Positions 10,885 through 23,835 are shown, numbered from the stretch's first letter. The stretch: 64,000 nt of DNA from an uncultured Psychrobacter sp. (GCA_947489525.1 CANLDW010000005.1:23626-87625), one strand, 5' to 3'. Made by a program: numbers and translations. The notes: a model not told the origin generated them from the letters alone.

Positions 10885-12726
10885 TTACTCATGTAATACT
10901 TTATATATTGTCTTGGCTAAGACAGGTCCAATACCCGTGACCCCTGATAGCTCTTGCTGCGAAGCACCGAGCAGCTGCTGCATACCGCCAAAGTGATTGA
11001 GTAAATCGCGGCGGCGCTTCTCTCCAAGTCCGGGTATCACCTCAAGCACTGATGAAGAACGACGCTTATCGCGTTTTTTGCGGTGCGCGGTAATCGCAAA
11101 ACGGTGCGCCTCATCGCGAATATGCATGAGCAAATGCAGCGCTTTGCTATCCATCGGTAGATCAAGCGGCTCATGATCAATAAAATGCAGTACTTCAAGT
11201 CCCGCCTTCCGCCCCTCACCTTTAGCAACACTGACCAGCAAGGTATCATTAAGTATCCCTAGCTCCGTAAGCACTTCTTTGGCTATGCCAAGCTGACCTT
11301 TACCCCCATCAATGAGCAATAGATCCGGCAGCGGCTGTTTCTTATAGCGCCGCGTCAGTACTTGTTTCATCGCTGCATAATCATCACCGCCGATAATATC
11401 GTGGATCGCATACTGGCGATAATCGCGCCGACGTGCGCCGCCTTGATCAAAAACGACGCAGCTACCAATGGTAGCCTCGCCCATCGTATGCGAGATATCA
11501 AAACACTCAATACGATCAATGGGGCGATCGGTGACATCAGCGAGGACGTCTTTTAGAGCGTTGAAGCGTGCATGCAGCTCGAGGTAATCACCAAGCTTAG
11601 TCTTCAGCGCGTTATTGGTATTGAGTTTAGCAAGCTCCAACCACTCCGCACGGTGTTCGCGTACGTTGGTTTTGATCACTACTTTACTTCCAAAGTGCGT
11701 TGCCAAGGCTTCACTAACCGCTAACTGATCGGGTAGCTCATGACTTAGGATAATCTCACTTGGCAGATCGTCTGTTACCTGAAAATAAAACGACATGATA
11801 AAGGCGGAGAGGTTATCCGCAATAGGTTCGCTACTATCGACATCAGGGAAGTAATTTTTACCACCCAGTACCCGTCCACCGCGTACCGTCAATACGTTGA
11901 CGCAGCTCATGCCCGCTTGGCTGGAGATGGCGATAACGTCCGCCTCCCCTTGTACGGTATAGACTGCTTGCCGCGCCTGTACTTCGCGTAGCATAGAGAG
12001 CTGATCGCGGTAAAACACGGCCTTTTCAAAATCCAATTCCTCGGCAGCGCTTTCCATCTTATCGATCAAAGCACTGTGAATATCGCCTGAATCACCCTTC
12101 AAAAACCGAACGGTGTTATTGACGTCCTCAGCGTACTCTTCGGGTGATACCAGGCCAACGCACGGCGCACGGCAACGTTTGATCTGATACTCAAGGCAGG
12201 GACGCTTACGCTGCTTAAAAAAGGTGTTGGTACACTGACGCATCTGAAACATCTTTTGCATCAAGACCAGCGTCTCCTTTGCCGCATGCGCAGAAGGAAA
12301 AGGTCCAAAAAAACGCCCTTTTTGATGATTACCTTTGCCGCGACCATAAGCCAGACGCGGATAAGGCTTATCTGCTGAGATAAAAACATATAGATAAGAT
12401 TTATCGTCACGCAGCAGGACGTTATAAGGCGGGCGATATTCTTTGATTAAGTTTTGTTCGAGTAGTAGCGCTTCGGTCTCACTGCGCGTAATAATGGTTT
12501 CGATGTTATGGATACGCGCGACCAAGGCACGCGTTTTTGGATGATCAATCGTCTTGGCAAAGTAGCTGTTCACCCGGCTTTTGAGTGACTTTGCCTTGCC
12601 CACATAGAGGATATCACCGTTTTTACCCAGCATTTTGTAGACCCCAGGCAAATTGGGCAAGCGTTTAATTAAGTGCTTAAGACGGGCTTGTTTGTCATGG
12701 GCGCTAGATGCTGCTGCAGTAACCAT
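10885..12726 (-). CDS. uvrC: excinuclease ABC subunit C
   Basis: GIY-YIG N-terminus ([24 protein letters not shown]), UVR domain, RNase H-like endonuclease domain, C-terminal (HhH)2. Confidence 0.95.
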   Translation of the reverse strand: MVTAAASSAHDKQARLKHLIKRLPNLPGVYKMLGKNGDILYVGKAKSLKSRVNSYFAKTIDHPKTRALVARIHNIETIITRSETEALLLEQNLIKEYRPPYNVLLRDDKSYLYVFISADKPYPRLAYGRGKGNHQKGRFFGPFPSAHAAKETLVLMQKMFQMRQCTNTFFKQRKRPCLEYQIKRCRAPCVGLVSPEEYAEDVNNTVRFLKGDSGDIHSALIDKMESAAEELDFEKAVFYRDQLSMLREVQARQAVYTVQGEADVIAISSQAGMSCVNVLTVRGGRVLGGKNYFPDVDSSEPIADNLSAFIMSFYFQVTDDLPSEIILSHELPDQLAVSEALATHFGSKVVIKTNVREHRAEWLELAKLNTNNALKTKLGDYLELHARFNALKDVLADVTDRPIDRIECFDISHTMGEATIGSCVVFDQGGARRRDYRQYAIHDIIGGDDYAAMKQVLTRRYKKQPLPDLLLIDGGKGQLGIAKEVLTELGILNDTLLVSVAKGEGRKAGLEVLHFIDHEPLDLPMDSKALHLLMHIRDEAHRFAITAHRKKRDKRRSSSVLEVIPGLGEKRRRDLLNHFGGMQQLLGASQQELSGVTGIGPVLAKTIYKVLHE

Positions 12727-12828
12727 AGATCCTAGTACTCGTAAAATGATGCGCTTAAAAATAAGGCGTATAAAAAGACTTGAATAGCGTTATTTATGGG
12801 GGATTTTGGCAGTTTTGCAAGCGCATTA

Positions 12829-13191
12829 CTATCTAACGCGCACCTTTAGACCAGCGGGACGCTTTTTTATCCACTGAATAAATTTTTGTACCTCGCTGTG
12901 CTCTTTTAGGCGCTCTGTTGTATGGTAGTAGTTTGCCAGTTCGTGATTATCAAAGAGTCTGTGAATTTGGCTATGACAAGGACGACAGAGCATCGCAATC
13001 TCGCCTTTCATATCCTCACGGCTAAAGGCGCGCTGAGTACGGGCTTTATTGTGCCGAGAGCGCGGTATGAGATGGTGACGCGTGAGCTTGAGTTCTTCGC
13101 GACCACACAGCTCGCATTGACCTGCTTGCTGCTCGTCTTGTGTGTAGTTAATCGTGTCTACATCGTTAGCTTTTCTATTCGCTTTTGCCAT
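12829..13191 (-). CDS. small HNH endonuclease family protein
   Basis: CELCG...TRHHLIPRS...CRPCHSQIH. Two Cys pairs plus the H-H-H pattern of an HNH fold. Confidence 0.7.
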   Translation of the reverse strand: MAKANRKANDVDTINYTQDEQQAGQCELCGREELKLTRHHLIPRSRHNKARTQRAFSREDMKGEIAMLCRPCHSQIHRLFDNHELANYYHTTERLKEHSEVQKFIQWIKKRPAGLKVRVR

Positions 13192-13406
13192 TACGCTACC
13201 TACTCTACTCTATTACTCTATATAAATGCGACCAAACGGAGTTAAAAACAATAGGCACATAATTACGCTTTAGGACTGGTGAGCCTTGATTTTTTTATTT
13301 ATCATAGCTATTTTTAGGCGTAGTGGCGGTTTTACGTACTAAATGCCAGTGTTCTTGTGTGACGCTATAATTGAGTACAAAGACGAAGCCATACAAGGGA
13401 TAAAAT

Positions 13407-13976
13407 ATGAGTTTGTTACCCAAAAACTTTGAGCAATTAAAACGCGGCGCAAAAAAAAACCTTATGCCAATATTAATACCACACTTGCTTAAATGGCGTA
13501 TCAATACCTACGCGCCTTATGTTGGCGCTGGCATCAAAGCCGAGCACATCGACCTTGATCAAGGGCTGTGTGTGGTCAGTATGACCCTAAATGCTCTGAA
13601 TAAAAATATCGTCGGTACGCAGTTTGGTGGCAGCTTATACGCGATGACCGATCCCTTTTATATGCTCATGCTTATGCATCAACTCGGCAGTGACTATGTG
13701 GTGTGGGATAAAAGCTCGCATGTCGAATTTGTCGCCCCAGGTACCAGCAAGGTTACCGCGCGATTAAAGATACCAAGTAGCGAGATGATGACGATAAAGG
13801 AGCTTGCTCAAGATGGTGATGCGGTGTTTCGAGAGTATCAAGCGCAGATCGTCGATACGGAGCAAAAAGTCGTCGCTGTGGTGACAAAGACGCTCTACAT
13901 CAGACTCCGTCAATACAGTAAGTCTAAACGTCAAAGTAGTCGTATGGATACTAGTATTGAACCGCCTACACTCTAG
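13407..13976 (+). CDS. DUF4442 / hotdog-fold thioesterase-like protein
   Basis: Pattern NTYAPYVGAGIK...LN..N..GT.FGGSLYAM.DPFYMLML...V.DK resembles the YiiD C-terminal/DUF4442 family. Confidence 0.6.
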   Translation: MSLLPKNFEQLKRGAKKNLMPILIPHLLKWRINTYAPYVGAGIKAEHIDLDQGLCVVSMTLNALNKNIVGTQFGGSLYAMTDPFYMLMLMHQLGSDYVVWDKSSHVEFVAPGTSKVTARLKIPSSEMMTIKELAQDGDAVFREYQAQIVDTEQKVVAVVTKTLYIRLRQYSKSKRQSSRMDTSIEPPTL

Positions 13977-14042
13977 TCGATAAATACAATAGTTGCTTAT
14001 AGTGGAAGATATCGAACAGAACGTTATCTACTCTACCTATAC

Positions 14043-14088
14043 AAAAACCCCAATCTAGCGGCTGCCAGATTGGGGTTTTGTCTTTTTT
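14043..14088. terminator. bidirectional rho-independent terminator (DUF4442 gene / rpsP operon)
   Basis: A-run, 9-bp stem CCCCAATCT/AGATTGGGG with a 10-nt loop, then a T-run. Located between convergent genes. Confidence 0.8.
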
Positions 14089-14212
14089 GGTACGCCTACT
14101 TATGTGTAATAAACCTATCAATAAGGAGGTATAGCGACTGCTGCAAAGCTCATAGCGGTATACGCAAGCTATAAATATAAACGAGCTGTATAAGCTATGG
14201 CTTAGACTGCCC

Positions 14213-14644
14213 TTAGATACCAGGTGCAGTCTCAACTGCATCGGGAAAACCGGCGTCAGTCTTTTTTTGCGCACCTGGCTTCGCTGGACGCGCGCCAAGC
14301 TTTTCACGGATACGTGCTGACTTACCAGAACGCTCACGTAAGTAGTACAGTTTCGCACGACGAACCGCGCCGCGACGCTTCACTTCGATACTATCGATAA
14401 TGGGTGAATGCAATTGAAAAGCACGCTCAACACCAACGCCGCTTGAGATTTTACGCACGGTAAACGCTGAATTCAAACCACGGTTACGCTTAGCGATAAC
14501 AACGCCTTCAAAAGCCTGTAGACGCTCACGCTCACCTTCACGGACTTTAACTTGTACGACAATCGTATCACCAGGTGCAAAATTAGGGCGCTCAATCAAT
14601 TGAGCATTTTCAACGCTTTGTACCAATGGATGCTTGTTGCTCAT
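14213..14644 (-). CDS. rplS: 50S ribosomal protein L19
   Basis: [55 protein letters not shown]. About 25 aa of C-terminal extension. Confidence 0.95.
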   Translation of the reverse strand: MSNKHPLVQSVENAQLIERPNFAPGDTIVVQVKVREGERERLQAFEGVVIAKRNRGLNSAFTVRKISSGVGVERAFQLHSPIIDSIEVKRRGAVRRAKLYYLRERSGKSARIREKLGARPAKPGAQKKTDAGFPDAVETAPGI

Positions 14645-14820
14645 GAGAGTTATCTCCTCACATTAGATAATAGAGGCTTGACGCGTATTACCTGTTTGTA
14701 ATAATTAATCACATCTTTAATAAGACATAACGTAAAAGGGTCATAAATGGCCATATCGGTATGACGCATTTAAATCGTACTAAAATTATATGTATGAGCG
14801 TGTTTACACTCTTTGTAAAC

Positions 14821-15585
14821 TTACTGTTTATCGGGTTTAGATAACTCTTTGAGCCATTTTGTTTGCTGCGCTGTTGGCGTAAAAGTTTGCCATAGATCAG
14901 GGCGTCGCGCTTGCGTGCGCAATACTTGCTGACTAAAGCGCCACTTAGCGATATTGGCATGATGGCCTGATAGTAAGACCTCAGGAACCCTCATACCAGC
15001 AAACTCATGCGGCTTCGTATAGTGTGGACAATCAAGCAGACCATCAACGAACGAGTCCTGCTCAGCGGACATATCATCACCCATAACGTTAGGCAAACGA
15101 CGTATCACACTATCCATAAGCACCATCGCAGGCAGCTCACCGCCTGTAAGAACATAATCCCCAAGCGATATCTCTTGATCGATATACTGCTCAAGCAAAC
15201 GCTCATCGATACCTTCGTAACGACCGCATAATAAAATCATACCATCGTACTTAGCCATACTGACCACGCTGCTCTCGCTAAGCGTTTGGCCTTGTGGTGA
15301 CAAATACACCACAGGACAACTGCTCGGATCATCATAACAACCTTGTAATCCTGCTCGCGTTTTGGCATCCTCAATAGCTTGCACTAAAGGCTCTGCCATC
15401 ATCACCATACCAGGACCACCGCCATAAGGACGCTCATCAACACGCCGATAGTTATCCGTCGTGTAGTCTCGAGGGTTGATGCAATCGATAGTAACTTGAC
15501 CTTGAGCGATTGCCCGTCCCGTAATACCAAAATCACGGATTGTTGCAAACATCTCAGGAAAAATACTAATCACAGCAAAATACAT
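14821..15585 (-). CDS. trmD: tRNA (guanine37-N1)-methyltransferase
   Basis: [48 protein letters not shown] motifs. rimM-trmD-rplS order. Confidence 0.95.
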   Translation of the reverse strand: MYFAVISIFPEMFATIRDFGITGRAIAQGQVTIDCINPRDYTTDNYRRVDERPYGGGPGMVMMAEPLVQAIEDAKTRAGLQGCYDDPSSCPVVYLSPQGQTLSESSVVSMAKYDGMILLCGRYEGIDERLLEQYIDQEISLGDYVLTGGELPAMVLMDSVIRRLPNVMGDDMSAEQDSFVDGLLDCPHYTKPHEFAGMRVPEVLLSGHHANIAKWRFSQQVLRTQARRPDLWQTFTPTAQQTKWLKELSKPDKQ

Positions 15586-15647
15586 CTAGATCCTATTACA
15601 ACGTCAGTGTCAAAACGTCAACATTAACGACCCGTATATGAACAAGA

Positions 15648-16181
15648 TTAATAATCACTAGGCCACGCAGCGGTAACCGTGCGGCTTGTCATATCAATAT
15701 CTATTACGGTTTGCTTGTGCCAAGGAATTAGGCGCTCCTCGCTATCTAGACTATCTGACGTTGCTGTCACTCGCATAATATCATGAGCACCCGTTTCAAA
15801 CATCTCAGTAATATCGCCGAGGTATTCATCCTGCTCATTAACAACACGCATACCGACCAGATCTGACCAATAGTACTCATCTTCATCGGGCTCAGGTAGC
15901 ACATCTTGCTCTACCCAAAGGGTAACCCCATTCATAGTTTCAGCAACATTACGATCCGGTACTTGCTCAAACTGAGCTACAAGACCTGAACCTTGCTGAC
16001 GCCACGCTTTTACTGTTAAAGGCTTCACACCCGTAGCGGTTTTCATCCACCACGGCTGCATATCAAAAATAGCTTCTCTGTTATCAGTATCACTAAATAC
16101 CCACAGCCAACCTTTGATGCCATAAGGCTTCTTAAGCTGACCGATTTTCATAAGGGCAGAAGCGTCTGGGACAGAAGACAT
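15648..16181 (-). CDS. rimM: 16S rRNA processing protein RimM
   Basis: IGQLKKPYGIKGWLWVFS, PRC-barrel C-terminus. The start was moved to the internal ATG (M22 of the ORF track). Confidence 0.85.
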   Translation of the reverse strand: MSSVPDASALMKIGQLKKPYGIKGWLWVFSDTDNREAIFDMQPWWMKTATGVKPLTVKAWRQQGSGLVAQFEQVPDRNVAETMNGVTLWVEQDVLPEPDEDEYYWSDLVGMRVVNEQDEYLGDITEMFETGAHDIMRVTATSDSLDSEERLIPWHKQTVIDIDMTSRTVTAAWPSDY

Positions 16182-16327
16182 AACAGATAACCTAAAACAG
16201 CTAAAACTAAAATAAGTAACTAAATAAACCGTCAATAAACGCAAACTACAAATAAAGTAAGCTACAAATAGCTAACGGCGTACCCTGATAAGATCAGTCA
16301 CGCTATTTTAAATGCCCAAACAACGAC

Positions 16328-16597
16328 TTAAGCAGTCGCTTCAGTGTTTGCTGTAGATTTGTTGTAAGACTTAACTAATGATGCTACGCGGTCTGAAGGT
16401 TGCGCGCCTTTTTCTATCCACGCTTGATACGCTTCCATATTAAGACGAACCGCTTCTTCTGACTCTTTGGCAAGTGGGTTAAAAAAGCCAATGTTTTCGA
16501 TGTAGCGACCATCACGCGCGCGGCGTTGATCTGCAACTACAACTTGATAAAACGGGCGTTTCTTGGCACCGCCCCGTGCTAAACGAATAACAACCAT
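16328..16597 (-). CDS. rpsP: 30S ribosomal protein S16
   Basis: [41 protein letters not shown]. Confidence 0.95.
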   Translation of the reverse strand: MVVIRLARGGAKKRPFYQVVVADQRRARDGRYIENIGFFNPLAKESEEAVRLNMEAYQAWIEKGAQPSDRVASLVKSYNKSTANTEATA

Positions 16598-16798
16598 GTG
16601 AATTCTCTCTTTCGCAGGTATACCAAAAAGGGCATAATTATATCATAGTATTATTTTATTGAAAACCTATACTCTGTTTATTTAACAATAGCTTAAATGG
16701 TTAGTATTGTTCAAGTTGTTTGTAGCGTGGCTACGACGATTGTCTTATACTTTATGACCGCTATGCATGTGCAATCGATAAGAGAGCTATTACCTACT

Positions 16799-18283
16799 AT
16801 GACCACCCCAACGACAAAACCTAGTTTTAAGTGGCTGCCACGTTCATACTCTAACAGCTGGCTGACCACCTTGATGGTTGCATTTATTGTGACTGTGAGC
16901 GTGGGCGTATCGATCATGTTATTTTGGCGCAGTCTATATTTACCAGAGCTTAGAAACCATGCGCGCTATTTAACGAGTGAGCTACGATTGATGACAGGTG
17001 CCAAACAAGACTGGCAAGACAGCCCTGAGGTGCGTCGCTGGATCTACCAGCACTCGCACGTTATCTATGTGGACAATCCATTAGACTTTCCTGAAGTGTC
17101 TGACAAGGTGTTTGTCGGGGTGTTTACTGATGTGCTGCAAGAGGAGATCGGTGCGCAGTTAGGTCGACCGGTTGAGGTCTATTTTAAGTTTAAACCAACA
17201 CCGCAGCTTTGGGTTCAAGACAGCGCTGATAAGAGTTTTTGGCTGCGTGAGCCTGTTGTCTACTACTCGCAATACAGTCCTGGACTACTCGTGCTGTTTT
17301 TGCTTGGTATCCCAATACTAACTTTGCTTACTATTATTTTGCTAGTACGACAGCTTAACCGTCCGCTGCGTTATTTGCAGCGAGCGGCGACTAACTATAT
17401 CCGTCTGGGTCATGCGACCACGCTACCAACGGACTCAGGCCCTACTGAGATACGCCAAGTCAACACTGCATTTAACCGTTTGTTTACGACGCTTAGTCAG
17501 GCACAAAAAGAGCGGACTATTATGCTGGCTGGGATCTCACACGATCTGCGTACGCCGCTTACCCGTATGCGCCTGACCGCTGAGATGCTCTCAGATGAGT
17601 TCTTTCGAGAGGGGTTGGTCTATGATATTGAGGACATGGATGCCATCTTAGAGCAGTTTATCTCCTACATGAAAGATGGTTCTGATGAGCCAGTACGCTT
17701 AACTGATCTTGATGCCATCTTTAAAGAGATTATGGTGCAGTTCGCGCCCATGGAATTTATTTATGAGTCCAGTTGTCAAAAGTTAGTACCAGTCAGGCCA
17801 CTATCCATTAAACGCTTGATTATTAACCTAGTAAACAATGCTAATCGTTATGGTAAACCGCCTATTTATCTATCAGCAACGATTGTACCTACTTTTTTGG
17901 AGACAAAAGTAGTTGTAGATAGTGACGTTATTACTGAAAGTGATGTCAATAAAAAAGCACAAGAAGTGCTATTGATTTGTGTGAGAGACTGCGGGGATGG
18001 CGTGGCTGACGATCAACTAGATCGCATCATGCAGCCGTTTGAGCGCGGGGAGACAGCACGTACTACTCAGGGTAGTGGTTTAGGCTTGGCGATCGTTGAC
18101 CGTATTGCACGCTTGCATCATGGTCAAGTTGAGGCCATCAATCATCCAGAAGGCGGTTTGCAAGTATGCGTACGTATCCCTCTACTCTCAAAAGTAGCAG
18201 GCGAGAATGCAAAAGTAGCAAGTGCGAGCAACGATACTACTGAGATAAAAAAGACAACACCATCAAAACAAATAGAAGACTAA
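16799..18283 (+). CDS. EnvZ-like osmosensor histidine kinase (no adjacent response regulator)
   Basis: Two TM segments flanking a periplasmic domain, HAMP, the H-box MLAGISHDLRTPLTRMRL (very close to EnvZ as recalled), N-box NLVNNANRYG, G-box GSGLGLAIV. The start is uncertain; the ORF track gives 16697, and the ATG at 16799 was chosen. Confidence 0.8.
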   Translation: MTTPTTKPSFKWLPRSYSNSWLTTLMVAFIVTVSVGVSIMLFWRSLYLPELRNHARYLTSELRLMTGAKQDWQDSPEVRRWIYQHSHVIYVDNPLDFPEVSDKVFVGVFTDVLQEEIGAQLGRPVEVYFKFKPTPQLWVQDSADKSFWLREPVVYYSQYSPGLLVLFLLGIPILTLLTIILLVRQLNRPLRYLQRAATNYIRLGHATTLPTDSGPTEIRQVNTAFNRLFTTLSQAQKERTIMLAGISHDLRTPLTRMRLTAEMLSDEFFREGLVYDIEDMDAILEQFISYMKDGSDEPVRLTDLDAIFKEIMVQFAPMEFIYESSCQKLVPVRPLSIKRLIINLVNNANRYGKPPIYLSATIVPTFLETKVVVDSDVITESDVNKKAQEVLLICVRDCGDGVADDQLDRIMQPFERGETARTTQGSGLGLAIVDRIARLHHGQVEAINHPEGGLQVCVRIPLLSKVAGENAKVASASNDTTEIKKTTPSKQIED

Positions 18284-18643
18284 CCAGTAAGCTGACACAA
18301 ACTATTGAGTCACTTATCTGCCCCCTAGATTTAGAGACTGACAAGCATCGATAGCGCTTAGTCTTTACTACCAATAGCAGGTGGGATGAATTTTGCACTG
18401 TTGGTATAGGGTAGAGGCTGTACAATCTCAGCGCGTGCTGACTCTAAGCTTTGCGTGGACAGTGTGGGCTGATAAAAAAGGTAGTAGCCTAGCGTCATCG
18501 CGTTTAATAGTACCAATCCACCAAATAAATATGGCATCCCCTGCCCTCCTAAGTTTAAGTTGTATCACTAAATACCTAAAATACAATCGATTTTTCTCAC
18601 TTCTTTGAGCGTCTTAGCTAAGCTATAGAAGCGATGCTTATTA

Positions 18644-20341
18644 TTAGCTAGACATATCTTTTTCAAAATCACGATCGCTTTTTTCTTGCGTGAGTTGATC
18701 CGCTGAGATGGTTTGAGTCAGAGGTTTAATTGGCCAGGTCATCACAAAGCGCGCACCGCCAAGCTTCTCGCTTTCATCAACTTTCATACTACCATTAAAC
18801 CAAAACGCAATGCGCGATACAATCGATAATCCAAGCCCGTACCCTCCTGATGCGCGCGTACGGCTATCATCTAAGCGCGAGAACGGAATAAATACCTTTT
18901 CGCGATCCTCTTCTGGTATGCCATGACCGTCATCCTCCACGCTTACAAACGCATTGCCCTTTTTCACGCCTGCACTAATAATGATAGTGGTCTCAGCATA
19001 GCGCAGGGCATTACCAGCAAGATTTTGGATAACTCGGTGCAAATAGCGTTTATCGGCAATCGCGGTTACTTTATTGCTGGGCAGGTCGGTGACAATCTTT
19101 ATAGGTTTACCTAACGCATTAGTTTCTCGCTCAATTTGTTCGAGTAGCTCACGTAGGTTCACGGGTTCCAAGTCCAGTTTAGGCGAACCCTCCTCAAGCT
19201 TTGCGTACGTCAAAATCTCATCAATAAGTCCGTTTAGCGACTCAATATCTTCATCTATATAGTCGCGCTGCATAAAGCGTGAGTCTTCATCATCGGTATC
19301 AGCGAGCATATCGACAGCAAAACGGATACGAGCAACAGGCGTACGTAGCTCATGCGATACCGCACGCGTCAGCTCACGCTGTGACTCAATAAGACGTTTA
19401 ATATGAGCCGTCATAGCGTTAAACGTTGCTGATAAGCGGGCAATCTCATCTTGACCGATAACTTGTACTTGAACATCAAGATTACCGTGACTAACTTCGT
19501 TGACCCCGACTTGGATGAGCTGAAGTTTACGCTCAAGCGGGAAGATAAGCGCGTACACCCCCAAGCTTATCAAAAACATACTAATCAAGATCATACTGAT
19601 GATCAAATTGAGCGGAAACCAGTTGAATAAAGGAATTGGTCCTACAAGCACAGCCATGTTGTTAATCTCAGAGGGCACCACGACCTTGATCGAAGAGTTT
19701 CTCTTACTGCTGTTAGTATCTTGTAAGGAGATGACTACCTCATCACGGCGCAGCCGCGCCATCTGATCCGTATCTAACTCAAGACTGTTCAGCTCCTGAA
19801 AGGATAACGGAAAAGAGAACTGCTCCTCGAGCTCAGCTAGACGCGCGCGCTTGTCTGCGAGCGTTAAATAATAGGACAGATCATCTAATAAAAATATAGC
19901 GATAGCGCGAACTTGTTGCTCTGTAACCTGCGTGATTCTCGCCGTCAACACCTCATTGCTATCGGGTAGATGATGGAAAACATCAGCGTAATTGGGCTGG
20001 TTGACATAGCGTACAACAGTATTGTCGTTTTCAAGTCGACGCAGCTCACTAGCATTTAAGTCCAGCTCATCGATAGGTACAATACTAAAGGTCGAACCAA
20101 ACAAGCTGCTGGCATCGGATAACCAATACTCACGCTGCGCCTCATCCTCTTGGCGCGCAACGCCTTCACTAACCAGACTAAACGCCCCTTTTGCCATACT
20201 TTCGCGGTACGACTGTACACGCTCTTTATTGATAGTATCTACTAACAGCTGAGCGAACAGTGCCACACACAAACAGACTATTAGTAGTCCAGCGTAAATT
20301 CGGACAAAGATACTGTGCTTTAATGAAGAGACTAATGACAT
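18644..20341 (-). CDS. bfmS: sensor histidine kinase, BfmS-like (partner of the upstream regulator)
   Basis: N-terminal TM, large periplasmic domain, second TM, HAMP, H-box AVSHELRTPVARIRF, N-box QNLAGNALRYA, G-box GGYGLGLSIV. The symbol is assigned only from its position next to the BfmR-like gene. Confidence 0.6.
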   Translation of the reverse strand: MSLVSSLKHSIFVRIYAGLLIVCLCVALFAQLLVDTINKERVQSYRESMAKGAFSLVSEGVARQEDEAQREYWLSDASSLFGSTFSIVPIDELDLNASELRRLENDNTVVRYVNQPNYADVFHHLPDSNEVLTARITQVTEQQVRAIAIFLLDDLSYYLTLADKRARLAELEEQFSFPLSFQELNSLELDTDQMARLRRDEVVISLQDTNSSKRNSSIKVVVPSEINNMAVLVGPIPLFNWFPLNLIISMILISMFLISLGVYALIFPLERKLQLIQVGVNEVSHGNLDVQVQVIGQDEIARLSATFNAMTAHIKRLIESQRELTRAVSHELRTPVARIRFAVDMLADTDDEDSRFMQRDYIDEDIESLNGLIDEILTYAKLEEGSPKLDLEPVNLRELLEQIERETNALGKPIKIVTDLPSNKVTAIADKRYLHRVIQNLAGNALRYAETTIIISAGVKKGNAFVSVEDDGHGIPEEDREKVFIPFSRLDDSRTRASGGYGLGLSIVSRIAFWFNGSMKVDESEKLGGARFVMTWPIKPLTQTISADQLTQEKSDRDFEKDMSS

Positions 20342-20538
20342 GGATATTTATAACCAACTTGATAAGATATAGATACTAAAAATAGCTACTCTAGTAAAAA
20401 CGACTAAAGAAGCGGAGCACTCACTGAGCGCCCCTTCGTTTGTCAAAACTTTTAAGCGTTAAAGAGCGCGGCAAAATTTATCGGTCAATTAAACCATAAA
20501 ATGCTATGAATAAGCACAAAAAACAATAATTTACCCAT

Positions 20539-20566
20539 AAAAAATCCAGCTCTAAGCTGGATTTTT
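20539..20566 (-). terminator. hairpin terminator in the regulator-kinase spacer
   Basis: A6, then ATCCAGC-tctaa-GCTGGAT, then T4. On the minus strand the hairpin is followed by the T6 run. It lies about 40 nt after the regulator stop. Confidence 0.6.
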
Positions 20567-20601
20567 AAAAATTCTGTAAGAATATAGAGCGTTTAGCTCA
20601 C

Positions 20602-21318
20602 TTAGTTGCCTTCTTTTACAAATAAGTAGCCTTTACTACGCACTGTTTTAATACGTTTTGGATTTTCAGGATCATCACCGATCTTTGGACGAATGCGCGA
20701 GATACGCACATCAATAGAGCGATCTTGACCATCGTATTCGATACCGCGCAGACGCTCAAAAATGTCCTCACGAGATAGGATTCGTCCAGCATTAGAAGCG
20801 AGCAGCCACAATAGATCGTATTCAGCACTAGTAAAGTCCACTAGCTCATCGCCTAGGTTGACTGAACGTCCACCATTATCAATAACGAGCTCACCAAACT
20901 CTAAACGCTGCGGTACATCTTCTGATGGCGCATTTTCAGAACGACGTAGTAGCGATCGTATCCGAGCAAGCAGTACGCGCGGCTGTGCAGGTTTAGCAAC
21001 GTAATCATCAGCACCCATCTCAAGACCAAGTACTTGATCCATATCTTCGGTACGCGCAGTCAGCATAAGAATAGGGTTCTGATAATGAGGACGCACTTCA
21101 CGGCAGACTGTAAGACCGTCACTACCAGGCAACATAACATCCAATACCACTAGATCTGGTTGCTCATTAACGATACGGCGTATCGCACGGTTACCGTCAG
21201 TTTCAATAGCGACTTCTAAACCATTTTTAACTAAATAATCCTGTGTCAACATAGCCAGACGTTCATCGTCTTCAACAATTAATATTCGGGGGGTGTTGTC
21301 TTCTTCGGTGGTGGTCAT
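20602..21318 (-). CDS. bfmR: OmpR-family response regulator, BfmR-like
   Basis: PRILIVEDDERLAMLTQDYLVKNGLEVAIETDGNRAIRRIVNEQPDLVVLDVMLPGSDGLTVCREVRPHY..PILMLTARTEDMDQVLGLEMGADDYVAKP.QPRVLLARIR is nearly collinear with Acinetobacter BfmR as I recall it. Winged-helix C-terminus. Confidence 0.75.
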   Translation of the reverse strand: MTTTEEDNTPRILIVEDDERLAMLTQDYLVKNGLEVAIETDGNRAIRRIVNEQPDLVVLDVMLPGSDGLTVCREVRPHYQNPILMLTARTEDMDQVLGLEMGADDYVAKPAQPRVLLARIRSLLRRSENAPSEDVPQRLEFGELVIDNGGRSVNLGDELVDFTSAEYDLLWLLASNAGRILSREDIFERLRGIEYDGQDRSIDVRISRIRPKIGDDPENPKRIKTVRSKGYLFVKEGN

Positions 21319-21805
21319 TACTCAGTCCTCTAATACATCTCAGTTAAAAGCATCAGTTAAAAGCGATAACATCAAAAAATATGCATCTTAATACCGTCAT
21401 CTAAGTCAAGCGATAAAACAGTATCATTTATTTTGGTTTATGCATAACAAACTCGGTAACACAGTATACTATTAAATGTGTAACCTCTTATACTATAGCT
21501 TATAGTCGTTAACAAAACCTATAAACTAGACTTGTAGAGTTTTTAGTTTGCGTCCAATATTTCGTTAAGTTTAGCAAAGGTCGGTTATTTTGAACATAGC
21601 AAATAAGAAAGGTTCAGTTCTCGGCTCAATGTCCAATATTTAAGACTAACTTTAGGGGTTACTTAACAGATATTAATATAACGATATACCACACCAAGCG
21701 CTAGTAACTTTTCTGATTTAGTCTATTTTAATAGTGTCTATATACATAAATTAAACACTGGTATAAAAGATAAATAGCTTATTAGTGCATTCACTAGATT
21801 TAAGC

Positions 21806-21836
21806 ATAAAAAAACAGCCCTTTAGGACTGTTTTTA
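21806..21836 (-). terminator. terminator of the atp operon
   Basis: A-run, imperfect stem CAGCCC/GGACTG with loop TTTA, then a T-run. About 20 nt downstream of the atpC stop on the minus strand. Confidence 0.55.
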
Positions 21837-21852
21837 AACACTTATTTAAAGC

Positions 21853-22269
21853 TTATACCCGGTTCTTATACTTACGAATCGTTTGTAGCTGAGCTACAGA
21901 TTCAGCCAATGAAGCGAGGGCAGCATTCGTCTGCACCGTATCAGATTGATTGACTAACATTTGCTCCGCTTGTCTACGCGCTTCAATGATCTTACTTTCA
22001 TCAAGATTGCTAGCGCGCATCGCCGTATCCGCAAGGACAGTGACCATCTTAGGTTGTACTTCTAATACGCCGCCTGAAACATATATAACCTCTTCGGCCC
22101 CATCAGGAGTTTGGACGCGCATTGACCCTGGTTTTAGCAGTGTAATCAGCGGTGTATGACCTGGCAACACCCCGATTTCACCCTCAGTACCAGTGGCTAT
22201 TAGCATGCTAATCTCCCCTGAGTACAACTCCTCACGGGCACTTACGACGCGGCATTGTAATGTTGCCAT
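21853..22269 (-). CDS. atpC: F0F1 ATP synthase subunit epsilon
   Basis: Position after atpD. Motifs VVSAE..LYSGE and GVLPGH.PL. Confidence 0.92.
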   Translation of the reverse strand: MATLQCRVVSAREELYSGEISMLIATGTEGEIGVLPGHTPLITLLKPGSMRVQTPDGAEEVIYVSGGVLEVQPKMVTVLADTAMRASNLDESKIIEARRQAEQMLVNQSDTVQTNAALASLAESVAQLQTIRKYKNRV

Positions 22270-22365
22270 AATTCATTCCTAATTCTAAAAGAGAGTGTAT
22301 CTTAGCGAGGTTAGGTAAGTAGCATGCGTCTATCAAAAAACCACATAAACGCATGCTACTGAGTA

Positions 22366-23817
<1,452 letters not shown>

Positions 23818-23835
23818 CTATATAGGTTTAGTCAA

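Noticed and set aside
13966-14358. A 130-aa ORF overlapping the 3' end of rplS and the bidirectional terminator
   Set aside because: It spans a strong terminator hairpin and overlaps L19 in another frame, so it is not credible as a gene.
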